Assembly (NCBI GenBank): GCA_016927935.1
Contig: JAFGLS010000119.1
Coordinates: forward strand, 13,291-77,290
DNA: 64,000 bases
Direction of reading: 5' to 3'
Origin: Syntrophaceae bacterium
GTDB taxonomy: Bacteria > Desulfobacterota > Syntrophia > Syntrophales > Smithellaceae
Position 1 is the first letter of the stretch, and each line of letters opens with the position of its first letter. Both the position numbers and the translations under genes were made by a program. The notes under the pieces were generated by a model. The model saw only the letters and a list, made by a program, of their open reading frames with translations, did not search any database and was not told the DNA's origin. Below are positions 8,837-18,190 of the stretch, piece after piece.

Positions 8837-10102
8837 ATGAAACGGTTCGAAAGTCTTGTAAATACCGCAATCAAAGAATCTATGTCTGATGTACATATTG
8901 CCGGCGAGCATCCCGTGGTGACCAGAAAGTTTGGTGAGATTCAGTTTCACAATTCCCTCCAGTGGACACATCAGGAAGTCGATAATCTGACATTAACGCT
9001 TCTGAACCCCCAGCAACTGGAAAAATTAAAGCAAAAAAATTCTGTTGACATTGCCTTTTCCACGAACAAGGCCCGGCTCCGCATCAACGTTTTCAACACA
9101 ATGCGTGGAATAAGTATAGCGATCAGAATTCTTCCCGGTCACATACCTACAATAGAAGAACTAAACCTCCACCCCTTATTGCATGATATTTCCAAGATAA
9201 AGTCAGGTCTTGTTCTCATCTGCGGCGCCAACGGAGTAGGCAAGACGACAACAATCGCCGCCATAATCAACGAAATAAACAAGTCCCGCCAGTCACATAT
9301 TGTCACTATTGAAGATCCCGTTGAATATCGCTTTCAATCACAAAAATCTTTCATAGAACAACGGGAACTCGGTACCCATACACCTTCTTTTAAACAAGGA
9401 CTAATTGATGTACTGCGAGAAGATGCTGATGTAATTTTCGTAGGTGAACTGCGCGAAGGAGACGTCATGCAACTGGCGCTAAATGCCGCCGAGACAGGAC
9501 ACCTGGTCATTGCTACAATGCATGCGGGTACTCCGGAAGAAGTCATTTACCGCATGTGCAATGCCGTTCACTTAGAAGCCCAAAATGAGTTACGCAACCA
9601 ACTTGCATCTGTATTGAAGTGGATTGTTATTCAGCAACTGGTATACATGGAGAAGGCTGAACAGCGTGTTCCTGTTCTCACAATTGTGCATGGCACTCCG
9701 GCCATCAAAAACACAATCCGCGAAAACAAAATTCATCAACTTAACAACGTTATGGAAACATCCAAAGATGAGAAAATGTTCTCGCCCGAACACTATTTGA
9801 CAGACTATCTGAAAAATCGTTCCAATTTTACTCCTTACAAAAAGATATTTCGCCCCACAGAAGAGTTGTCGCCTGATGACTTATATCAGTCGCCGATTCT
9901 GACCGGTGAAGTACAGAATGTCTCAACAGATGTTATGTATACGTCCAGACACGACAAAAGAATCGCAAAACAAGACCGGCGAAAGTCATCAAGACCGATA
10001 GCCAGTACTTCAGAATACAGCGATGAAAAGGAAGACAACATACTCGATGTAAACGATGACGTTTCTTTGCATAAAATTGTCGAAAAATTGAAAAAAAAAT
10101 GA
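8837..10102 (+). CDS. pilT: PilT/PilU-family type IV pilus retraction-type ATPase with a roughly 90-aa low-complexity C-terminal extension
   Basis: Walker A GANGVGKTT, Walker B VIFVGELRE and the ATMHA His box. RBS GAGGAGGAG lies directly before the ATG at 8837. The track start at 8816 is a TTG inside the RBS region. Confidence 0.85.
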   Translation: MKRFESLVNTAIKESMSDVHIAGEHPVVTRKFGEIQFHNSLQWTHQEVDNLTLTLLNPQQLEKLKQKNSVDIAFSTNKARLRINVFNTMRGISIAIRILPGHIPTIEELNLHPLLHDISKIKSGLVLICGANGVGKTTTIAAIINEINKSRQSHIVTIEDPVEYRFQSQKSFIEQRELGTHTPSFKQGLIDVLREDADVIFVGELREGDVMQLALNAAETGHLVIATMHAGTPEEVIYRMCNAVHLEAQNELRNQLASVLKWIVIQQLVYMEKAEQRVPVLTIVHGTPAIKNTIRENKIHQLNNVMETSKDEKMFSPEHYLTDYLKNRSNFTPYKKIFRPTEELSPDDLYQSPILTGEVQNVSTDVMYTSRHDKRIAKQDRRKSSRPIASTSEYSDEKEDNILDVNDDVSLHKIVEKLKKK

Positions 10103-10173
10103 CGATTAAATTTTTCAACCGCCGGATTATAGTTTACTAAGATACACGAGTAGCCGGTAAATTAACCAACTGA

Positions 10174-10260
10174 CATATAATTAATGAGATATCATCCGAC
10201 CTTCTTTATCATTGGAAAGAGCAATATGCCAAAGGGCGATTCAACAATGAATCCACCAAG
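10174..10260 (+). mobile_element. Possible relic of an IS3-family OrfA (HTH segment), with no start codon
   Basis: The open frame reads EISSDLLYHWKEQYAKGRF, resembling the conserved LGISxSxLYxWxxQY segment of IS3/IS911 OrfA. It lies in the same open frame as the downstream fragment. Confidence 0.3.
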
Positions 10261-10641
10261 CAAGCCGCTCTGAAAGACTGGATTGCTCCCACAACGCAAA
10301 GTCAGGACGACAGCCAAAGCCTGTTTGAAAACGACGCAGACCTAAGTTCTCTTAAGCTGGATAAGGCGCGAGTATTGATTCGTCCGTATCCTCAATACAC
10401 TGCCGGCATGCCCCTGATTCTTTCGTTCGACCCTGATACATCCGTCATGCATTATGAATATACACCTAGGAATACATCGGCAAAAACGGAAATTTATGTG
10501 CCGACACATATTCATTACAGCGGTGGTTATCAGGTCATGACAGAGGATGTAACAAATATACAGTATACTGAGGGAGGGAAACGTTTGATTATAGATGAGG
10601 ATCCAACGGTGACTAATGTTGTTATTGATATAACGCCTTAA
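10261..10641 (+). pseudogene. 3' fragment resembling the C-terminal beta-sandwich domain of GH5 (endoglycoceramidase-like) hydrolases
   Basis: ...ARVLIRPYPQYTAGMPLILSFDPDTSVMHYEYTP...TEIYVPTHIHYSGGYQV... follows the RPYP..aG.P..fsFD ... TEI.VP ... Y..GY pattern. There is no catalytic domain and no credible ATG (the track start at 10375 is a TTG). Confidence 0.35.
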
Positions 10642-10930
10642 AAATAGGAAAGATCACTTCAATAAAGTTCTGCACTTCCCTCTTTTAAAAATAATGAATA
10701 GTGATATAATAACAGCCAATCCATCATAAAAAATAAAATGCCAAACATACCGGAAAGTCCATAAATGGCAAAAAAAGCAGAAATCAAATCTTGTCATCAA
10801 AATTCTGTTTAACGTAATTATCACGGGATGAGACTACATCACGTAATGCGGATATAAACTAAAATTTTTTACCGATATCAACGGGGCGGGAGCCTGACTG
10901 AAAAGCAACTAAAAAAACGGAGTTGTCTTT

Positions 10931-11308
10931 ATGAAAGAAAGAAGAAAAGCGGAAAGACTGAAGGAAGATAACGAGGTTACTATAACTGTCATCTCCGATG
11001 AAAAAAAACTTACCAAAGAAAAAATCCTTTGTAGTTTCAGCGAAGACATCTCTATATACGGGACGAAAATAAAGTCTGATATCTTTTTGCCTGTAGATAC
11101 ACTTATAATGATGGATTTTGCATTAAAGACTCTAAAAAAACAGATGACAGCTATCGGAAAAGTAAAATGGATTAAAGTTATAATTGAAGATACATATTAC
11201 GAAGCGGGTGTTGAATTGGTCAATACACCAAGTGAAGCTATCCAAAAAATTCAAGATTACATCTTCTGGAAACAAAAGAATACAAATCCGGGAAACAAAA
11301 TCTTATAA
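10931..11308 (+). CDS. PilZ-domain protein (c-di-GMP receptor type)
   Basis: 125 aa with RRKAER (RxxxR) near the N-terminus and SEDISIYG (D/NxSxxG). Confidence 0.7.
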   Translation: MKERRKAERLKEDNEVTITVISDEKKLTKEKILCSFSEDISIYGTKIKSDIFLPVDTLIMMDFALKTLKKQMTAIGKVKWIKVIIEDTYYEAGVELVNTPSEAIQKIQDYIFWKQKNTNPGNKIL

Positions 11309-11497
11309 GATTTAATCAATCGGCATACCGGATGCCTATGTAAAAATTTTAGCCTTGAATATTATTCAGCCTGCTATCCGTAATCATCAGATTCCTGTTT
11401 TTCGGGATTCAATAATTTTTTCAATCAACATAGTATTTCAATTAGAAATCTGCATTTAGCAAAGTGATATGGATTGCTTTGTTGCGAACAACAATGT

Positions 11498-13945
11498 ATG
11501 ATTAATCCCACCGCAAACAAGAAGAAGGTTAAAGCTATAATGAAAAAAAAATCTCCCCAGCAAAAATCTTTAATGTCAAAGAGCATTAAACCTTCACTAA
11601 TAGGAATTCTTCACGACATTACCGGGCAAAAGCAGTCTGACGAAACGCTAACAGAAATGGAATTGAGATTTAAAACTATATTGGATTCTGTCTCAGATGG
11701 AATTCTACTGTTACAAAATAGCGACAAAAAGTTTTTCACTGCTAATAAAAAAATCTGTGAGATGTTGGGCTATACGGAAAAGGAAATTCTGAAACTCAGC
11801 GTAGCCGACATTCATCCGAAAGAATCTTTACCGTCTGTTATTGAACAATTTGAAAAACTCGAGAGAGAAGAAAAGGTGATGGTTCACGATATACCCATAA
11901 TGAAAAAAGATAAAACAATATCTTTCGCAGATATCAGCGGTTCTGTAATTTCTGTATCAGGGAAGAAATACATTACTGGTTTGTTCAGAGACATTACTGA
12001 ACGCAAGCAGGCAGAGGATAAACTAAGGGAGAGCGAGGAAAAGTATCGTGAACTTGTCAAATACGCACCTGCGGGAATCTACGAGGTTGATTATCAATCA
12101 GGCCAGCTTATAAGCGTCAACGACATCATCTGCGAATATACGGGCTATACGAGGGAAGAACTTCTGAACATGAATATCTTTCACTTATTCACAGAAGAAA
12201 GTCAGAATTTAATGTCCGAAAGGCTGAAAAAGCTATTTCATGGAGAAAAAATTCCTGACTCAATGGAGTACTGCATTAGAACAAAGAGTGGAGAAAAAAT
12301 CTGGGTTCTCCTTAATGCCCGATACATTTATAAAGACGGAATTTTAAAAGGCAGCACAGGAACTGTTTATAACATTAATGAGCGCAAAAAAGCAGAGGAG
12401 GCCCTTATATTGATTAAAGAGGCTGTGAATAGTTCCGGTGATGCCATTGGAATGTCCGATCCGCAGGGACATCATTTTTATCATAATAAGGCTTTCACCG
12501 AACTTTTTGGATACACACCGGAAGAACTTGCTGCTGCGGGAGAAGGACCGGCTGCTTTTGCCAACAAGGATGTCGCCCGCGAGGTTTTTGATGCAATCAT
12601 GGTGGGAGATTCATGGAATGGAGAGATAGAGATGGTATCCAAAAGCGGTAGAATATTCCCTGTTTTGATACGCGCGGACGCCATAAAGGCCGAAAATGGT
12701 AAAATTATAGGACTCATAGGATTAATCTCAGACATAACCGAGCGTAAAAAGGCAGAGGAAGCCCTCAGGAAAGAAAAAGATTTTTCTGAAACTCTATTTA
12801 ACACTGCACAAACCATCATATTGGTTTTGGATACGGAAGCCCGTATAGAAAGATTTAATACCTATATGGAAGAAATCAGCGGTTACCGGCTGGAAGAAGT
12901 AAAAGGTAAAAATTGGTTTGACATTTTTCTACCCGAAGAAGACCATCACAAGATAAAAAAATTGTTTAAACGGGCGATTGGAGGCATAAGCACTAAAGGC
13001 AACATAAACCCGATTATTAACAAAGATGGCCGTAAAGTTTTTGTTGAGTGGTGGGATAAAACGCTTAAAGATGAAAACGGACGGACGGTGGGCTTGGTTT
13101 CCATCGGCCATGATGTTACCACACGCATTAAAGCCGAGGAAATACTGTACGAGAGCGAATCAAAGTTCAGAAAAATATTTGAAAGCTCCCATGACGGCAT
13201 ATTCCTTCTTGATATGGAGAGCAGGAAATTCGCCATCTGCAACCAGGCTTTTCTTAATATGCTCGGTTATACGGAAGATGAGCTTAAGAATCTTAATATT
13301 CAGGACATTCATCCCCGGGAAGAACTGCCCTTTGTTGTTAAGCAGATAAAATCATTAGAAGAAGGAAAACCAATGGCACGCAGGGATACAACTTTTAAGA
13401 AAAAAGACGGCAGCCTTTGTTTCGCGGATCTATCTCCTTCTTTTTTAGAATTGGGCAGGGGGAAATACATTCTGGCCATTTGCAGAGATATTACCGAACA
13501 GAAGATAATGGAAGAAGAATTGCGTAAAGATAAACTTTCTTTAGAGCAAAAAAATATCGCACTAACCGAATTAATGGAGCATATGGAGAGAACAAAAAAT
13601 CAGATCAAGGAAGACATCGCGATGAATATTGAAGAATCCATAATGCCGATTATCGAAAAACATAAATTAAAAGGACTACCGCCTGAATACATGGATGTAT
13701 TACACCGTCATTTAAATGAACTAACTTCATCATTTGGCCGTATAATGGCGCAAAAAAGTACCCAGTTATCTTCCAGAGAAATAGAAATCTGTAATCTGAT
13801 TAAGGGGGGTCTGACTACCAAGGAAATTTCCGGTCTATTAAATATTTCTTCTCAAACGGTTGATAAACACCGCAAGAATATCCGAAAGAAATTGGGTATT
13901 TGGGGAAAAGATAAAAATCTAACCACTTATTTAAAAAGCTTATAA
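11498..13945 (+). CDS. Multi-PAS (about 5 PAS/PAC units) LuxR-family one-component transcriptional regulator
   Basis: Repeated PAS units separated by DITERK(Q/K)AEE S-box linkers. The C-terminal LuxR HTH reads LSSREIEICNLIKGGLTTKEISGLLNISSQTVDKHRKNIRKKLG. The start is ambiguous (TTG 11474, ATG 11498, ATG 11540). Confidence 0.85.
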   Translation: MINPTANKKKVKAIMKKKSPQQKSLMSKSIKPSLIGILHDITGQKQSDETLTEMELRFKTILDSVSDGILLLQNSDKKFFTANKKICEMLGYTEKEILKLSVADIHPKESLPSVIEQFEKLEREEKVMVHDIPIMKKDKTISFADISGSVISVSGKKYITGLFRDITERKQAEDKLRESEEKYRELVKYAPAGIYEVDYQSGQLISVNDIICEYTGYTREELLNMNIFHLFTEESQNLMSERLKKLFHGEKIPDSMEYCIRTKSGEKIWVLLNARYIYKDGILKGSTGTVYNINERKKAEEALILIKEAVNSSGDAIGMSDPQGHHFYHNKAFTELFGYTPEELAAAGEGPAAFANKDVAREVFDAIMVGDSWNGEIEMVSKSGRIFPVLIRADAIKAENGKIIGLIGLISDITERKKAEEALRKEKDFSETLFNTAQTIILVLDTEARIERFNTYMEEISGYRLEEVKGKNWFDIFLPEEDHHKIKKLFKRAIGGISTKGNINPIINKDGRKVFVEWWDKTLKDENGRTVGLVSIGHDVTTRIKAEEILYESESKFRKIFESSHDGIFLLDMESRKFAICNQAFLNMLGYTEDELKNLNIQDIHPREELPFVVKQIKSLEEGKPMARRDTTFKKKDGSLCFADLSPSFLELGRGKYILAICRDITEQKIMEEELRKDKLSLEQKNIALTELMEHMERTKNQIKEDIAMNIEESIMPIIEKHKLKGLPPEYMDVLHRHLNELTSSFGRIMAQKSTQLSSREIEICNLIKGGLTTKEISGLLNISSQTVDKHRKNIRKKLGIWGKDKNLTTYLKSL

Positions 13946-14083
13946 TTATAAGTAATTGTTGTCGCATTTTAATGGGTATTGCTTGTACCCATTTCCTTCC
14001 CATTATTCCCCTATTACTAATTTTATAAATTTTTAATATATAATACACACTACAGCCAAATAAAAAGGCTAAATAATATACAA

Positions 14084-14452
14084 ATGGGAAAGAAATTGTA
14101 TAACATCAAATCATCTATAAAAGACGGAATTCTAAAAATTGTCATAACAGGAGAACTGATAAATAAAGATATAAAAAAATGTCAGGAAGAAATAATTGCT
14201 CTGGAAAAGTCAGCAAATGTTAAAAATAAGCTAGTAGATGTACGACAACTGAAGGGGCGTCCCGGGGTTTTAGATATATATAAATTTGCCAAAAAATATC
14301 CTTCGGAGAGACCCTTTATGAAAATTGCATTTATTGATACTTTAGAAAATGCTGAAACCGCATCTTTTCATGAGACTGCATCAATAAATGCCGGTCTGCC
14401 ATTCAAGTGGTTTACGGATATTGATGAAGCCAGGAAATGGATAACAATTTAG
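14084..14452 (+). CDS. Small hypothetical protein, possibly STAS/SpoIIAA-like fold
   Basis: 122-aa clean ORF. The fold call rests only on the pattern (ILKIVITGEL ... VDVRQLKG). Confidence 0.45.
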   Translation: MGKKLYNIKSSIKDGILKIVITGELINKDIKKCQEEIIALEKSANVKNKLVDVRQLKGRPGVLDIYKFAKKYPSERPFMKIAFIDTLENAETASFHETASINAGLPFKWFTDIDEARKWITI

Positions 14453-14539
14453 TGATGAAATATTTACTTTGAATAAATTTAAAATTAAATTGTGGAGGAT
14501 TAATAACTTTTTTAAAAATTATATATTACTGTCCCCTTT

Positions 14540-14607
14540 ATATCCCCGTCAAGTGCAAGGCTAAAATCCCTCCTGCCCTCACCTCATATGAAACTTGACG
14601 GGGATAT
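14540..14607. repeat. Perfect 15-bp inverted repeat (ATATCCCCGTCAAGT / ACTTGACGGGGATAT) with a 38-nt spacer
   Basis: Arms at 14540..14554 and 14593..14607, read directly. No flanking T-run. Confidence 0.8.
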
Positions 14608-14720
14608 TCTTAAAATAAATTGCTAATATTCTAATCAGAGATGACTGACCCACGTGCCTGCCATATCATAATTACATCATGCCTTCTGAATATCTATGTG
14701 TTTATGAAAAAAATGAAATA

Positions 14721-14760
14721 AAAAGCCCTTCCAGTCTTTGACTGAAAGGGCTTTTCTTTT
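14721..14760. terminator. Bidirectional intrinsic terminator
   Basis: AAAAGCCCTT-15 nt loop-AAGGGCTTTT, with an A-run before and a T-run after. It sits between the converging genes 14084..14452 (+) and 14802..16109 (-). Confidence 0.7.
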
Positions 14761-14801
14761 TAATTTGAAGTCTGTTTAAACTTTTCTATATCTTTTTCAG
14801 A

Positions 14802-16109
14802 TTACGACTTTTGGGGCGGTTTTGAAATTAAAGTAATCACCGCTCCGAGGAGACAAGCAACTCCCGCAATGACAAATGGCGTTAACCAGACAGATGGATC
14901 TCCACTACCTTTGGCGGCATCCTTGAAATGAGCGGCAATCTGAGGGCCCAAAACACCTGCAATACCGTAAGAAAAAAAGACATAACCGTAATTAAGACCA
15001 ACATTCTTGTTTCCGAAGTAATCTGCCGTTATTGCCGGAAATAGGGCAAAGTTACCACCGAAGTTGAAGCCAATGAGACAAGCACCGATAATTAACATAA
15101 AAGCAGTACTACCCATTTTGTAAAAGAGGAGCATAACGATTCCTTGGAAAAGACACATAAGGAAAATAGACATCTTGCGCCCCAGCTTATCTGAAATAGT
15201 TCCCCAAACGATTCGGCCGAGGCCGTTCAAGATAGCTAACCAGGCAACCGCTGTCCCGGCGGCTGCGGATGCCACAGCCACTTCAATTCCTTTGGCTTTG
15301 AGGGCATCAATTCCAAAGAGCTTGATGTTGCCGATAACCATAAGACCCGCCATGGCAGAAAACAGAAATGTCAACCACGTCATATAAAATTGCGGTGTAG
15401 TCATCATTTCCTTAGAATCAAAATTGACCATACCGCTGGCCGCGCTTTTAGTGGTCGCTTGAGGTGGGGTCCATCCGGCAGGAACATAGCCCTGGGGAGG
15501 ATCAATCATGACTAGGCTACCGAGAAAGATAGCAATCATAAAGATGATGCCGTAAAGCATAAATACGCTTTGGACTCCTCCCAGACTGAGAATGTCGAGA
15601 GTGTCCAGCAGATGGAACCAGGAATCGGCCGATTTGACCCAGATCATAGCGCCGAAACCAAATCCGGCAACAGCCAGACCTGTCACCATCCCTTTTTTAT
15701 CTGGGAACCATTTAACACCTACGGCTATCGGAACTACATAACCCAAACCTATACCCGCTCCGCCTACGATGCCGATGCAGATCAACTGAGTTATGAAAGT
15801 CTTGCCGAAAAGACCGCCTAAGATGTAGCCTAGTCCCAGCACAATTGCACTGGCTATCGTCAATTTACGAGGACCGATCTTGGCCATCATTCTTCCAGAA
15901 ATGACCATTACAACGGCAAAGATCAGCAATCCCAGTGAAAATACCCACTGTGACTGTGCCGCTGTAAAACCGTAGATGCCACCTTCAGAAAGAGGTTTGA
16001 CTAACTTCGGTGTAAAAACGGACCATGCATAGATTGCTCCCAAGCAAAGCTGGATGAGCACCGCTCCGATAACTACGTACCAACGATTCATAAGTTTATC
16101 TTTTGACAT
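14802..16109 (-). CDS. MFS transporter, oxalate/formate antiporter (OFA) family
   Basis: About 12 TM segments and the N-terminal LIQLCLGAIYAWSVF motif typical of the OFA family. The ATG at 16109 is preceded by AGGAGG. The track start at 16139 is unsupported. Confidence 0.8.
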   Translation of the reverse strand: MSKDKLMNRWYVVIGAVLIQLCLGAIYAWSVFTPKLVKPLSEGGIYGFTAAQSQWVFSLGLLIFAVVMVISGRMMAKIGPRKLTIASAIVLGLGYILGGLFGKTFITQLICIGIVGGAGIGLGYVVPIAVGVKWFPDKKGMVTGLAVAGFGFGAMIWVKSADSWFHLLDTLDILSLGGVQSVFMLYGIIFMIAIFLGSLVMIDPPQGYVPAGWTPPQATTKSAASGMVNFDSKEMMTTPQFYMTWLTFLFSAMAGLMVIGNIKLFGIDALKAKGIEVAVASAAAGTAVAWLAILNGLGRIVWGTISDKLGRKMSIFLMCLFQGIVMLLFYKMGSTAFMLIIGACLIGFNFGGNFALFPAITADYFGNKNVGLNYGYVFFSYGIAGVLGPQIAAHFKDAAKGSGDPSVWLTPFVIAGVACLLGAVITLISKPPQKS

Positions 16110-16508
16110 GTATTCCTCCTTAAATGCATATAACAGCAAAATTCAGAACAACAACTAAAGCAAGCGTTACAAATTGTCGCATGAATTATCCAATATTCAG
16201 ATAAATGTCAAACAAAATTATCAAAAATTATTTGGTCGAAATGACTGTGTTGAATAACGCCTTTCGTCAAATATTGGCTTTCTGCCATGTCATGTGCAAA
16301 CAAAAAATTTCAAAGTTCTTATTTGATTAGTTTAATTTAGATGCTTGTTATTGTTAGACTCACCAGGAATATTTTTTAATACAACAGGATTTAATCGCCT
16401 GCAGAAATGAAATTAAGAGGAAAATCTCAAAAAAGACAGATAATCGTTTAAAAGGATGCAGGGAGAGTGGCAATGTATTAGGACACCACTCTCCCCGTAA
16501 ATATTTTT

Positions 16509-16652
16509 CTAAATAAATGCTGAGGAGATAGCAATGAGCAATCCCCCGGCAAAAACGATCATTCCCAAACCCGCTCCTCCTGCCGTAGCCAGAATGGGAG
16601 CCAGTCCGAGTAAAATAAATCCAAATGCGCATCTTCCTTCTCTTCCGTCCAT
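16509..16652 (-). CDS. Small hydrophobic protein (47 aa), last gene of the FNT operon
   Basis: Absent from the ORF track (under 60 aa). Translation is MDGREGRCAFGFILLGLAPILATAGGAGLGMIVFAGGLLIAISSAFI, with AAGGAG upstream. It starts 18 nt after the stop of the upstream gene. Confidence 0.45.
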   Translation of the reverse strand: MDGREGRCAFGFILLGLAPILATAGGAGLGMIVFAGGLLIAISSAFI

Positions 16653-16669
16653 AATAGTCTCCTTGTTTT

Positions 16670-17137
16670 TTAAATTCTTTTAATACTGACGGCTGATATG
16701 GCGAGTCCTGTTTTCTTCAGAGGGAACTTCATAACAATGCCAATTGCTTCAACTGTATTTCCGACAACCACTTTGTTGGAGGGAGCGGTAAACATAATGA
16801 CTCGTATCTGATCCGTCGTATCTTTTATGTGAAAATGAGGCCTATTTAGCCATTGAAAGCTAATTTTTTGAACCTCACCAGATATTCTCACGATTTTTCC
16901 AATCATTGCCGGCACTATTTCACCTATATTGTATTTACGTATATTCTTTGTATCCAATTGCTCATGAGTTTGCGAAAAACTTTTGCGGCTCATCCAAGCT
17001 AGGGTCATAGGAATCACCAGCAACATGATAAGCCCGGGAATGGCATAAAACAAAAAGTGCGAATTACCGGTGGTAGTGTAATGAAGAACCACCGCCACCG
17101 CGCAGATAATGAATGCTACCCAGGCAAGTATTGACAT
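16670..17137 (-). CDS. Membrane protein with two N-terminal TM helices and a C-terminal OB-fold-like domain
   Basis: 155 aa, 9 nt downstream of the FNT gene. The OB-fold call is by pattern only (VRISGEV...IRVIMF...GNTVEAIGIV). Confidence 0.5.
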   Translation of the reverse strand: MSILAWVAFIICAVAVVLHYTTTGNSHFLFYAIPGLIMLLVIPMTLAWMSRKSFSQTHEQLDTKNIRKYNIGEIVPAMIGKIVRISGEVQKISFQWLNRPHFHIKDTTDQIRVIMFTAPSNKVVVGNTVEAIGIVMKFPLKKTGLAISAVSIKRI

Positions 17138-17146
17138 GCGTTACCT

Positions 17147-18019
17147 CTATTCAGAGGGCAGATCCTTCCTAAACATCAGGAAATACGTCACCCCGATAAA
17201 AAGGAAACCACCGATGATATTTCCTATGGTGACAGGAATGAGATTCCAGAGCCAGACATCAGACCATGACAACCCTCCATTGGCCAAAAGAGCTCCTCCC
17301 TTTTGTACTATAACGGCTGGATACCAGTCCGTCAGGAACTTTCCTGCGGGCAGGAAGTACATATTGGCCACGCAATGCTCGAACCCGGACGACACGAAAG
17401 CCATGATTGGAAACCAAATACCGAAAAATTTTCCAATGACATCGTCTGCTGTAATAGCGAGCAGGATGGCAATGTTGACCAAAAAGTTACAGCCGATGGC
17501 TTTCATAAAGCAGGACCATAGGCCAGCAGTGCCGACCGCTTTGTATCCTAAGATTTTTCCTGCCGCAATGCCAACCGCACTCATGCCAAAAGCATTTACC
17601 GTCATGGTACCGTCAGGTTGCCCACTTACGAAAGGACCTATTGCCATAACATACGCATACGCCAACGAGCCCAGCAGATTACCAACATATACCCAAACCC
17701 AGTTTCTCATGACTGCGCCCCAAGTAATTTTCTTCATCATGGCAGCCATGGGGACAATCATGCAATCACCCGTAAAGAGTTCCATGCCGGTTAAGACTAT
17801 GGCAATCAAGCCGACGGGGAACACTGCTCCGCCAACGAGTTTCGAAATTCCTGCTGGTTCTACGCCTGTTATACATACGGTGCAAAGCGCTCCTCCTATG
17901 GCAATGTAAGCGCCCGCCATGAATCCTCTGAGAAGCAGATTGAAGATTGAAAGTTTTGCCTTACCGACTCCCGCATTGCCAACGAGAGCCACCATTTTTG
18001 CAGGGGGATTAAAAGCCAT
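17147..18019 (-). CDS. focA: Formate/nitrite transporter (FNT) family channel
   Basis: Six-TM FNT architecture with an FNT-like sequence (GAYIAIGGAL..., ELFTGD, GNLLGS). The ATG at 18019 is preceded by GGAGG. The longer track start at 18127 has no RBS. Confidence 0.85.
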   Translation of the reverse strand: MAFNPPAKMVALVGNAGVGKAKLSIFNLLLRGFMAGAYIAIGGALCTVCITGVEPAGISKLVGGAVFPVGLIAIVLTGMELFTGDCMIVPMAAMMKKITWGAVMRNWVWVYVGNLLGSLAYAYVMAIGPFVSGQPDGTMTVNAFGMSAVGIAAGKILGYKAVGTAGLWSCFMKAIGCNFLVNIAILLAITADDVIGKFFGIWFPIMAFVSSGFEHCVANMYFLPAGKFLTDWYPAVIVQKGGALLANGGLSWSDVWLWNLIPVTIGNIIGGFLFIGVTYFLMFRKDLPSE

Positions 18020-18190
18020 TGATCGATACCTCCTTATATTTAATAATTTTTTGATGTAAAGGGTCCATCCCTGAAGGACCGTACTTCCATCATTTATAAA
18101 TAACAACACACCATCGTACTTTCTCAATTTTTCATAAACATGAGATTAAAACGAAATGCGTTTGGATGAAAATATATCAAAAAACGTGTC

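Noticed and set aside
8738-8971. Track ORF 8738..8971 (-), 77 aa
   Set aside because: It is antisense to the 5' end and RBS of the PilT-like gene, with no RBS or motif.
16360-16632. Track ORF 16360..16632 (-), 90 aa
   Set aside because: It has no RBS and an odd composition. A different frame in the same region gives a 47-aa hydrophobic peptide with a good RBS (16509..16652), which I report instead at low confidence.
17109-17909. Long antisense ORFs inside confirmed genes, for example 17109..17909 (+) in the FNT gene, 38159..38842 (-) in the permease, 61743..62414 (+) in clpB, 7018..7587 (+) in nuoF, 20573..21154 (+) in the regulator and 25393..25881 (-) in the Cache gene
   Set aside because: These are shadow ORFs opposite genes with strong family signatures. 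They have no motifs or RBS, and their composition is typical of antisense frames.
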